From the NCBI GenBank assembly GCA_964016885.1, contig OZ024741.1:37634001-37698000 (forward strand): a stretch of DNA of 64,000 nucleotides, in the 5' to 3' direction. The DNA comes from Eledone cirrhosa. Its lineage: Eukaryota. The position numbers and the translations under genes are program-made. Positions 52,691 to 64,000 of this stretch are shown piece after piece (position 1 is the first letter of the stretch; every line of letters starts with the position of its first letter). Below the pieces are notes generated by a model, which made no database searches, was not told the origin of the DNA, and saw only the letters and a list, made by a program, of their open reading frames with translations.

Positions 52691-55600
52691 TCCAAAAATT
52701 AAATACATTGAATGATATTGTTGTCGTTATTGACAGCAGTGGTCCACTAGTATACAGTAAGGGGGCCATTGCTGTCAATAATAACATTGACAGCAGTGGT
52801 CCACTAGTATGCAGTAAGGGGACCACTGCTGTCAATAATAACATTGACAGCACTGGTCCACTAGTATACAGTAAAGGGACCACTGCTGTCAATAATAACA
52901 TTGACAGCAGTGGTCCACTAGTATAGGTACAGGGACCACTGCTGTCAATAATAACATTGACAGCAGTGGTCCACTAGTATACAGTAAGGGGACCACTGCT
53001 GTCAATAATAACATTGACAGCAGTGGTCCACTAGTATACAGTAAGGGGGCCACTGCTGTCAATAATAACATTGACAGCAGTGGTCGACTAGTATAGGTAC
53101 AGGGACCACTGCTGTCAATAATAACATTGACAGCACTGGTCCACTAGTATACAGTAAGGGGACCACTGCTGTCAATAATAACATTGACAGCAGTGGTCCA
53201 CTAGTATACAGTAAAGGGACCACTGCTGTCAATAATAACATTGACAGCACTGGTACACTAGTATACAGTAAAGGGACCACTGCTGTCAATAATAACATTG
53301 ACAGCAGTGGTCTACTAGTATACAGTAAGGGGACCACTGCTGTCAATAATAACATTGACAGCAGTGGTCTACTAGTATACAGTAAGGGGGCCACTGCTGT
53401 CAATAATAACATTGACAGCAGTGGTCCACTAGTATACAGTAAGGGGGCCACTGCTGTCAATAATAACATTGACAGCACTGGTCCACTAGTATACAGTAAG
53501 GGGGCCACTGCTGTCAATAATAACATTGACAGCAGTGGTCCACTAGTATACAGTAAGGGGACCACTGCTGTCAATAATAACATTGACAGCAGTGGTCCAC
53601 TAGTATACAGTAAGGGGACCACTGCTGTCAATAATAACATTGACAGCAGTGGTCCACTAGTATACAGTAAGGGGACCACTGCTGTCAATAATAACATTGA
53701 CAGCAGTGGTCCACTAGTATACAGTAAGGGGGCCACTGCTGTCAATAATAACATTGACCGCAGTGGTCCACTAGTATACAGTAAGGGGGCCATTGCTGTC
53801 AATAATAACATTGACAGCACTAGTATACAGTAAGGGGACCACTGCTGTCAATAATAACATTGACAGCAGTGGTCCACTAGTATACAGTAAAGGGACCACT
53901 GCTGTCAATAATAACATTGACAGCAGTGGTCCACTAGTATACAGTAAGGGGACCACTGCTGTCAATAATAACATTGACAGCACTGGTCCACTAGTATACA
54001 GTAAGGGGACCACTGCTGTCAATAATAACATTGACAGCAGTGGTCCACTAGTATAGGTACAGGGACCACTGCTGTCAATAATAACATTGACAGCACTGGT
54101 CCACTAGTATACAGTAAGGGGACCACTGCTGTCAATAATAACATTGACAGCAGTGGTCCACTAGTATACAGTAAAGGGACCACTGCTGTCAATAATAACA
54201 TTAACAGCACTGGTCCACTAGTATACAGTAAAGGGACCACTGCTGTCAATAATAACATTGACAGCAGTGGTCCACTAGTATACAGTAAGGGGACCACTGC
54301 TGTCAATAATAACATTGACAGCAGTGGTCCACTAGTATACAGTAAAGGGACCACTGCTGTCAATAATAACATTGACAGCACTGGTCCACTAGTATACAGT
54401 AAAGGGACCACTGCTGTCAATAATAACATTGACAGCAGTGGTCCACTAGTATACAGTAAGGGGACCACTGCTGTCAATAATAACATTGACAGCAGTGGTC
54501 CACTAGTATACAGTAAGGCGACCACTGCTGTCAATAATAACATTGACAGCAGTGGTCCACTAGTATACAGTAAGGGGACCACTGCTGTCAATAATAACAT
54601 TGACAGCAGTGATCCACTAGTATACAGTAAGGGGACCACTGATGTCAATAATAACATTGACAGCAGTGGTCCACTAGTATACAGTAAGGGGACCACTGCT
54701 GTCAATAATAACATTGACAGCAGTGGTCCACTAGTATACAGTAAAGGGACCACTGCTGTCAATAATAACATTGACAGCAGTGGTCCACTAGTATACAGTA
54801 AGGGGACCACTGATGTCAATAATAACATTGACAGCAGTGGTCCACTAGTATACAGTAAGGGGACCACTGCTGTCAATAATAACATTGACAGCAGTGGTCC
54901 ACTAGTATACAGTAAAGGGACCACTGCTGTCAATAATAACATTGACAGCAGTGGTCCACTAGTATAGGTACAGGGACCACTGCTGTCAATAATAACATTG
55001 ACAGCAGTGGTCCACTAGTATACAGTAAGGGGACCACTGCTGTCAATAATAACATTGACAGCAGTGGTCCACTAGTATACAGTAAGGGGACCACTGCTGT
55101 CAATAATAGCATTGACAGCACTGGTCCACTAGTATACAGTAAGGGGACCACTGCTGTCAATAATAGCATTGACAGCAGTGGTCCACTAGTATACAGTAAG
55201 GCGACCACTGCTGTCAATAATAGCATTGACAGCAGTGGTCCACTAGTATACAGTAAAGGGACCACTGCTGTCAATAATAACATTGACAGCACTGGTCCAC
55301 TAGTATACAGTAAGGCGACCACTGCTGTCAATAATAACATTGACAGCACTGGTCCACTAGTATACAGTAAGGGGACCACTGCTGTCAATAATAACATTGA
55401 CAGCAGTGGTCCACTAGTATACAGTAAGGCGACCACTGCTGTCAATAATAACATTGACAGCACTGGTCCACTAGTATACAGTAAGGGGACCACTGCTGTC
55501 AATAATAACATTGACAGCAGTGGTCCACTAGTATACAGTAAGGCGACCACTGCTGTCAATAATATTGACAGCACTGGTCCACTAGTATACAGTAAGGCGA

Positions 55601-58600
55601 CCACTGCTGTCAATAATAACATTGACAGCAGTGGTCCACTAGTATACAGTAAGGCGACCACTGCTGTCAATAATAACATTGACAGCACTGGTCCACTAGT
55701 ATACAGTAAGGCGACCACTGCTGTCAATAATAACATTGACAGCAGTGGTCCACTAGTATACAGTAAGGGGACCACTGCTGTCAATAATAACATTGACAGC
55801 AGTGGTCCACTAGTATACAGTAAGGGGACCACTGATGTCAATAATAACATTGACAGCAGTGGTCCACTAGTATACAGTAAAGGGACCACTGCTGTCAATA
55901 ATAACATTGACAGCAGTGGTCCACTAGTATAGGTACAGGGACCACTGCTGTCAATAATAACATTGACAGCAGTGGTCCACTAGTATACAGTAAGGGGACC
56001 ACTGCTGTCAATAATAACATTGACAGCAGTGGTCCACTAGTATACAGTAAGGGGACCACTGCTGTCAATAATAGCATTGACAGCACTGGTCCACTAGTAT
56101 ACAGTAAGGGGACCACTGCTGTCAATAATAACATTGACAGCACTGGTCCACTAGTATACAGTAAGGCGACCACTGCTGTCAATAATAACATTGACAGCAC
56201 TGGTCCACTAGTATACAGTAAGGGGACCACTGCTGTCAATAATAACATTGACAGCAGTGGTCCACTAGTATACAGTAAGGCGACCACTGCTGTCAATAAT
56301 AACATTGACAGCACTGGTCCACTAGTATACAGTAAGGGGACCACTGCTGTCAATAATAACATTGACAGCAGTGGTCCACTAGTATACAGTAAGGCGACCA
56401 CTGCTGTCAATAATATTGACAGCACTGGTCCACTAGTATACAGTAAGGCGACCACTGCTGTCAATAATAACATTGACAGCAGTGGTCCACTAGTATACAG
56501 TAAGGCGACCACTGCTGTCAATAATAACATTGACAGCACTGGTCCACTAGTATACAGTAAGGCGACCACTGCTGTCAATAATAACATTGACAGCAGTGGT
56601 CCACTAGTATACAGTAAGGGGACCACTGCTGTCAATAATAACATTGACAGCAGTGGTCCACTAGTATACAGTAAGGGGACCACTGCTGTCAATAATAACA
56701 TTGACAGCAGTGGTCCACTAGTATACAGTAAGGGGACCACTGCTGTCAATAATAACATTGACAGCAGTGGTCCACTAGTATACAGTAAGGGGACCACTGC
56801 TGTCAATAATAGCATTGACAGCACTGGTCCACTAGTATACAGTAAGGGGACCACTGCTGTCAATAATAGCATTGACAGCAGTGGTCCACTAGTATACAGT
56901 AAGGCGACCACTGCTGTCAATAATAGCATTGACAGCAGTGGTCCACTAGTATACAGTAAAGGGACCACTGCTGTCAATAATAACATTGACAGCACTGGTC
57001 CACTAGTATACAGTAAGGCGACCACTGCTGTCAATAATAACATTGACAGCACTGGTCCACTAGTATACAGTAAGGGGACCACTGCTGTCAATAATAACAT
57101 TGACAGCAGTGGTCCACTAGTATACAGTAAGGCGACCACTGCTGTCAATAATAACATTGACAGCACTGGTCCACTAGTATACAGTAAGGGGACCACTGCT
57201 GTCAATAATAACATTGACAGCAGTGGTCCACTAGTATACAGTAAGGCGACCACTGCTGTCAATAATATTGACAGCACTGGTCCACTAGTATACAGTAAGG
57301 CGACCACTGCTGTCAATAATAACATTGACAGCAGTGGTCCACTAGTATACAGTAAGGCGACCACTGCTGTCAATAATAACATTGACAGCACTGGTCCACT
57401 AGTATACAGTAAGGCGACCACTGCTGTCAATAATAACATTGACAGCACTGGTCCACTAGTATACAGTAAGGCGACCACTGCTGTCAATAATAACATTGAC
57501 AGCAGTGGTCCACTAGTATACAGTAAGGGGACCACTGCTGTCAATAATAACATTGACAGCAGTGGTCCACTAGTATACAGTAAGGCGACCACTGCTGTCA
57601 ATAATATTGACAGCACTGGTCCACTAGTATACAGTAAGGCGACCACTGCTGTCAATAATAACATTGACAGCAGTGGTCCACTAGTATACAGTAAGGCGAC
57701 CACTGCTGTCAATAATATTGACAGCACTGGTCCACTAGTATACAGTAAGGCGACCACTGCTGTCAATAATAACATTGACAGCAGTGGTCCACTAGTATAC
57801 AGTAAGGCGACCACTGCTGTCAATAATAACATTGACAGCACTGGTCCACTAGTATACAGTAAGGCGACCACTGCTGTCAATAATAACATTGACAGCACTG
57901 GTCCACTAGTATACAGTAAGGCGACCACTGCTGTCAATAATAACATTGACAGCAGTGGTCCACTAGTATACAGTAAGGGGACCACTGCTGTCAATAATAA
58001 CATTGACAGCAGTGGTCCACTAGTATACAGTAAGGGGGCCACTGCTGTCAATAATAACATTGACAGCACTGGTCCACTAGTATACAGTAAGGGGACCACT
58101 GCTGTCAATAATAACATTGACAGCACTGGTCCACTAGTATACAGTAAGGGGACCACTGCTGTCAATAATAACATTGACAGCAGTGGTCCACTAGTATACA
58201 GTAAGGGGACCACTGCTGTCAATAATAACATTGACAGCAGTGGTCCACTAGTATACAGTAAGGGGACCACTGCTGTCAATAATAACATTGACAGCACTGG
58301 TCCACTAGTATACAGTAAGGGGGCCACTGCTGTCAATAATAACATTGACAGCAGTGGTCCACTAGTATACAGTAAGGGGACCACTGCTGTCAATAATAAC
58401 ATTGACAGCACTGGTCCACTAGTATACAGTAAAGGGACCACTGCTGTCAATAATAACATTGACAGCAGTGGTCCACTAGTATACAGTAAAGGGACCACTG
58501 CTGTCAATAATAACATTGACAGCACTGGTCCACTAGTATACAGTAAAGGGACCACTGCTGTCAATAATAACATTGACAGCACTGGTCCACTAGTATACAG

Positions 58601-59457
58601 TAAAGGGACCACTGCTGTCAATAATAACATTGACAGCACTGGTCCACTAGTATACAGTAAAGGGACCACTGCTGTCAATAATAACATTGACAGCACTGGT
58701 CCACTAGTATACAGTAAGGGGACCACTGCTGTCAATAATAACATTGACAGCAGTGGTCCACTAGTATACAGTAAAGGGACCACTGCTGTCAATAATAACA
58801 TTGACAGCAGTGGTCCACTAGTATACAGTAAAGGGACCACTGCTGTCAATAATAACATTGACAGCAGTGGTCCACTAGTATACAGTAAGGGGACCACTGC
58901 TGTCAATAATAACATTGACAGCAGTGGTCCACTAGTATACAGTAAGGGGACCACTGCTGTCAATAATAACATTGACAGCACTGGTCCACTAGTATACAGT
59001 AAGGGGACCACTGCTGTCAATAATAACATTGACAGCAGTGGTCCACTAGTATACAGTAAGGGGACCACTGCTGTCAATAATAACATTGACAGCACTGGTA
59101 CACTAGTATACAGTAAAGGGACCACTGCTGTCAATAATAACATTGACAGCAGTGGTCCACTAGTATACAGTAAGGGGACCACTGCTGTCAATAATAACAT
59201 TGACAGCACTGGTCCACTAGTATACAGTAAGGGGACCACTGCTGTCAATAATAACATTGACAGCACTGGTCCACTAGTATACAGTAAGGGGACCACTGCT
59301 GTCAATAATAACATTGACAGCAGTGGTCCACTAGTATACAGTAAGGGGACCACTGCTGTCAATAATAACATTGACAGCAGTGGTCCACTAGTATAGGTAC
59401 AGGGACCACTGCTGTCAATAATAACAACAATATTGTTCAATGTATTTAATTTTTGGA
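52691..59457. repeat. 57-bp hairpin minisatellite (~117 copies, span/57) enclosed by 55-bp terminal inverted repeats
   Basis: Unit GGACCACTGCTGTCAAT-AATAAC-ATTGACAGCAGTGGTCC-ACTAGTATACAGTAAGG (17-bp stem, 6-nt loop, 17-nt linker); 52691-52745 and 59403-59457 are reverse complements at 51/55 positions. Confidence 0.97.
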
Positions 59458-59476
59458 GTTCAGTTTGTATGAGTGG

Positions 59477-59745
59477 AGGCATGTGGCCTATTGGTAAAGG
59501 TGTTGGACTTAATGATAATAATGTCATGGGTTTGATTCCTGGGCTGGGTTGTGTGTTGTGTTCTTGAGCAAATCACTTCATTTCACATTACTCCAGTATA
59601 CTCAGCTGAAAATAAGTACCAGCAATAGCTGTGGGTTAAGCCTGCAATGGACTGGCATCATTTCCAGGGTGGAGAGAGTCTTGTACTCTGTCACTTCATG
59701 TTACAAAACCAGGATAAGCACCGGCTTGAAGAGCCTCTTAGCTCG
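59477..59745 (+). mobile_element. tRNA-derived SINE, family A
   Basis: GAGGCATGTGGCCTATTGGTAAAG..GGGTTTGATTCC..TTCTTGAGCAAATCACTTCATTTCAC. Confidence 0.75.
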
Positions 59746-60002
59746 AGACAGACAGACAGTATTTGCATACCTTATATTACTGGATATATAATCAATCATA
59801 CAAACTGGGAAATGTGTGTATTGATGAATTAGTGGTTTGCATAAGACATATGGATTGAATGTATGAGTAACTTTGGATAAATAGCTATTTACAGGGACAA
59901 CTGTAGGGAAGCAACTTCTTATTGTAGCAACATGTCTGGAATAGGAAATATATTGTGGGTAAATTTTGAAGTATTACAGACGTGTGTGTATATATATATA
60001 TA

Positions 60003-60253
60003 TGAAGCATATAGACAGTATTCCCCACCTCCTCCCACTGTAAAGTGGTCGTGTAGGTGCCATGATAAAAAGCACCCAGTACCCACTGTAAATGAGGTTG
60101 GTGTTAGGAAAACCATCTAGTTGTAGAAATCAAGCCAAAATCAGTTCTATATGAGCAAGACATGGTCACCTGACCTGGCATTACCCACAACAGGACAACT
60201 TGTCTAACTCATGCTAGCATGGAAAAATGGACGTAAAGCAGTGAGGATGATGA
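60003..60253 (+). mobile_element. RTE 3' UTR
   Basis: TGAAGCATATAGACA..ACTGTAAATGAGGTTGGTGTTAGGAA..ATGCTAGCATGGAA..GATGATGA. Confidence 0.85.
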
Positions 60254-60422
60254 ATATAGAAACACATGTCACGTATAATTTTGGTTGACACCCACAAAAT
60301 ACATTTTCTGCTGCTCAAGCTGAAATGGCAGTGACCCTATTCTAAACTGTTTATACACTATAATTTATCTGCAAATACATGGAAAATCACTGTATATTAA
60401 ATTATTGCTTTTGTCTTCAGGC

Positions 60423-61217
60423 TTAACCATTCCATTGCTGTATTTCTAATGAAAGACTCTGCCTATGACTTTCAGTAAAGAATTTTGAGGAATTTACCAT
60501 CTCATTTTTAAGTCTGTGTTCATAACATAACTCAGTAAAAGTTCTGATTTAAAATTATGATGGAAGTTATTAATAAAAACTTTAAAACAAACAGTTTAGT
60601 ATCCTAAAACCAAGGGTAGTTTCAGGTGTTTTGATATCAAAAGGATTAAACCATTTTTTCTATTTGGTTTTCTAGAGATTTCATCTTAGAGTGGTTTCAA
60701 AGCTCAAGTCATAGAAATACTGATACTAAAGAGCTTCAGTAATTCTATGATTAGCTCTTATGATGACATTTCCATTTTGATGGCCTTTTTATGGCTCCCT
60801 AGTTTTTATTCTAAAGTGGCAATTGGTAGAATTGTTAGACAAATTGTGGTATTTGTTCTGGCTCTTTGCATTCTGTGTTCAAATCCCACTGAGATGAAGT
60901 TTGCCTTCTGCCCTTAATGAGTCAATGAAATACAAGCCTCATGCTGATGTCGAATTTTCTCTTTCTATACTGTATCTGTTAACCCTTGTGATGCCAACCC
61001 ACCCAAAACTGCCTCTAAATGTTGAAACAAAACCCTCCCATTACAAAGTGTTCCTATTTAAATTAAAACCTTCCAACATCATTTTATATAAGAACATTTT
61101 GTTATGTTATAAATACAATTCTAATAATGGAATAATTATTCATTTTAATAAATCCCGAAAGATTTTCATTAACACAAATACTGTGTTTTATTAGAATTAT
61201 GGTAATGAATGGGTTAA
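60423..61217. mobile_element. TTAA/CCCTTT MITEs (60423-60650 +; 60979-61217 -) flanking a degenerate family B SINE (~60815-60930)
   Basis: TTAACCATTCC..GATATCAAAAGGATTAA; TTAACCCTTGTGATGCC..GGTAATGAATGGGTTAA. Confidence 0.6.
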
Positions 61218-61734
61218 AGTACCTGAAAATTATGTAAAGGATACACATATTTGTGGAATACTCAGCCATTTCACTTACATTAATTTTATGTGTAGGAAAT
61301 TTGTCAGTTGAACTACTGAATGCTGATCATTGTGCCTGGCCAAGAATCTACCATCCACCAGTTCAGCTGGGATGTTGTTCCAGACTCTCAAAATATCATG
61401 TTACAGCTCTATCATCATTCTTCAGTTTTTTTTTGTTTTTTTTTATTGCTTCCACAATTCTTTTTCTGTTATCTCAACTGTCATCCGAGAACTGGATTGT
61501 TCTTAGTGCCCAGTCCACATGTAAAGTGGTTGTGTTAGTGTCGTGACAAAAAGCACCCAGTACACACTATAAATGTGGTTTCAAAAGCAGCTTGTGAAAT
61601 TAACAAGCAAATCACTGAGAATTTTACAGTCATATGCATTTAAAGATATTCTTAAGAAGATTTACCATGTCAGAGCTGGTTCTTGGAATTACACATACAG
61701 TTCATTCACTAAGGATCCAAACTATTTCTGACTA

Positions 61735-61860
61735 CCCAATTTTACTCAGAAAGGCTTGGGTTGACTCGAGGTTGACTTTTGCCGAAGATGCCTTGCAGTG
61801 GGATTGAATCTAGGACCTTATGGTTACAAAGCAAAGTTTTTAAACATTCAGCCATGCTGC
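61735..61860 (-). mobile_element. SINE, family C-like, 5' half
   Basis: Minus strand GCAGCATGGCTGAATG..GATTCAATCCCACTGC..CTCGAGTCAACCCAAGCC. Confidence 0.55.
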
Positions 61861-62189
61861 ATCCACACAAGTCTGCAAGTTACATAAACATCACTGTGAT
61901 ATTTACACGTCTTTAATGCTACAATACTTGTTAAATATTGTATATTCTAAGACATGTTTTGTAGAAAAAAATCTTAGAAATTTATATATTATGTGATATT
62001 AGCATGGTCAGCTACTCAAACGTTTTTTTTTACTGAATAATTGCTGATATTAATGTTCAGTTAAAATCATTTATAAATTGATATATCTGATGTCTTGGTT
62101 TTCATTTGTATTATGTTTTTTTGTTAATATTTACATGTTTTAGTGTCTTTCTTTATTTACTAAGTACTATTTCATATACAAATACACAA

Positions 62190-62618
62190 TTTCCATATTT
62201 CTGATGAAAAAAACTGCCTATAATTTTCAAATAATTTTGAAAATAATCAAGAATTTAGAGAGATTTAGTAATATAACTTTGCCATTATTATATTGGGGTG
62301 AATTGGCAGTATTGGTAGAGGGTTGGATGCCATTCTTTCTAGCATAGTTACGTCCCAGTACAGTCTGAGTTCAAATCCCGTCGAGGTTAACTTTGCCTTT
62401 CATCCTTATGGGGTCGATAAAATAAAGTGCCAGTAATGTACTGGGTAATTGCTGGCCTTGTGCCAAAAGTAGAAATAATTATTTTATTTGTGCTTGGAGT
62501 ATAACTCAAAGCTTCTTATATAAAATTATGGTGGAATGTTTTAAGATAAATATAAACACTTTACATTAAGCAGTTTTGTATTATAGAACCAGGAGTGGTT
62601 TAGTATCAAAAGAGTTAA
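62190..62618 (+). mobile_element. MITE with a nested family B SINE (62295-62480)
   Basis: MITE interior CCATATTTCT..ACTGCCTATAATTTTCAAAT resumes after the SINE and ends GTATCAAAAGAGTTAA. Confidence 0.7.
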
Positions 62619-63004
62619 GCAATGTTTGTATATGTGTAGTAAACAATTTATATTTTACACTAATTGAATCAATTAAGAATGTTCTTTGTTTTTTTTGTTT
62701 CAGGTGTGGAATGAAGTTGTTACTACTACCTGGGGAAACCAATACCCTGATGAAGCTCGTCTCAGAACTGAATATTGCTTATTTTTCAAATCTGCTAACA
62801 CACCTGGAATATTATTATTATTATTATAGTAATGACATTTTTCTACTTTCTCCATAATGTTCATTTGTCTCCGCTTGTTTGTGTGGAATCTCCGTTTTGT
62901 TGATTCCTCTCCTTATTACTTGAATCACTGCCACAGGTGTGAGCAGTGTGTCAACTTAGTTCATTAGCTGTCACACACACAGCAGTTGGAGAGTATTGCT
63001 AGAA

Positions 63005-63632
63005 ATGCAAATTAAGCAGGAAGTTTTAGATTCTAATTATGAAGAGCAGAGTCAGCCAACCAATAACTCAGAGTTTAAAAGAACCACTACAAGTGCCAAC
63101 TCATCTGCTGATGCTAGTATTACAGACATTGACAATGGTGCCAATGCAGAGGATGATGCTAATAATGCATCGAGGTCTCCTCAGCAGACCCCAACTCAAA
63201 CTCCAAAAGAAGAAATTAATTCTCCGTCAGACAAAGAACATCTGCGCGAGGTCAACAAGACTGAACCGCCCGATGAACGGATTGGCTTTGAAAGCAGTGA
63301 CGGCATTTTGGCACCCTCAAAAACTGAAGCACAGATGACACTTGCTCTTTCACCATCAAGGAATGCTTTGAGAATGTTGACTCCTCAAATGATTCAAGGA
63401 CAAATTTTGAACCAGCCTGGACTACTCAGTGCTCTGGACCTCTCTAACAAATTGGTTTTGACTGAGAATGGGAAAGAGCTTGCTGGTTATAAAGATCGGC
63501 ACCGAACTAATGCTGACATGCAGGCTGAACTAACCTCTGATGACAGTATGGATTTTGAAGATAATTTGTTCATGGATCAAGAAATTGAGGATTTGATGAG
63601 ACGCAAAGCAGATGGTCGAATACGGCATTCAG
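63005..63632 (+). CDS. First coding exon of a host gene; acidic/disordered N-terminus, possibly a transcriptional regulator
   Basis: Acceptor CCACAG|G at 62936/62937, in-frame TAG at 62957 upstream of ATG 63005, 209 open non-repetitive codons, strong donor CAG|GTAAGC at 63632/63633 (phase 1); motifs IKQE and ALDLS. Confidence 0.8.
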
Positions 63633-63840
63633 GTAAGCAACATTCCATTCTTCAAAACTAATTAAAAATCAGAATTATTATTATCATTAATGTCCATATT
63701 GCAGACGAGTCTTTTGTCACTTTTACAATCCCAGGAAGTGCTTTGGGATATTTTTATTAGCTCAATTTTTTAGCACCTTCCTTAAGATCCTACTATTCCT
63801 AATACTGTAGCTTTCTGTAATAGCTCTGTTTGAATGTTGA

Positions 63841-63883
<43 letters not shown>
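63841..63883. repeat. (TTA)n microsatellite
   Basis: Read directly from sequence. Confidence 0.95.
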
Positions 63884-64000
63884 GGGATTTATTAGTTGCC
63901 CTTTTTACTGGTTTGATTTTGTAATTTTATGTTTCATCTTATTGCAAAATTGGCCATTGGGGACTGATTAGTTCCTTTGATTTTTATTGTATTAGAGCCA

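Noticed and set aside
52729-59425. CRISPR array
   Set aside because: The repeats are palindromic, but the intervening sequences are identical rather than unique spacers. There are no cas genes and the context is eukaryotic.
52729-59425. Helitron 3'-end concatemer (hairpin followed by CTAG-T)
   Set aside because: The hairpin is only 1 nt from CTAG, no TC 5' end follows, and the flanking IR explains the unit more simply. Not fully excluded.
55895-59527. 1210-aa ORF (and other MLLLTAVVPLLYTSGPLLS / VYSKGTTAVNNNIDSSGPL ORFs)
   Set aside because: A by-product of a 57-bp (3n) unit. Frames are open on both strands, 56-bp units break the frame repeatedly, and the start lies in a SINE.
62745-62780. 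CTGATGA hammerhead-like motif
   Set aside because: Followed by GAAT rather than GAAA, with a mismatched stem II and no convincing stem I or III.

Overview
Eukaryotic, AT-rich and repeat-dominated DNA; the SINE/LINE repertoire resembles an octopus (coleoid cephalopod) genome, which is inferred from repeat recognition rather than a search. Only one credible host coding exon is present (63005-63632, +), an acidic, low-complexity N-terminus with a SUMO-type IKQE motif and a PxDLS-like motif. The rest is mobile elements and repeats: a near-full-length but broken RTE LINE cut off by a DD37D/maT-type Tc1/mariner, many RTE 3' fragments, a CR1/L2-group LINE fragment, three tRNA-derived SINE families, TTAA/CCCTTT MITEs, about 17 kb of (TA)n/(TATG)n fields and a 200-N gap. 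Three features stand out. (1) A ~6.7-kb array of a 57-bp hairpin unit sits inside 55-bp terminal inverted repeats and shows 15-unit higher-order periodicity. (2) A perfect 521-bp palindrome carries two outward-facing hammerhead ribozyme motifs. (3) Several other, sequence-diverse hammerhead motifs sit in long fold-back stems between (TA)n tracts and resemble Penelope-like element remnants.
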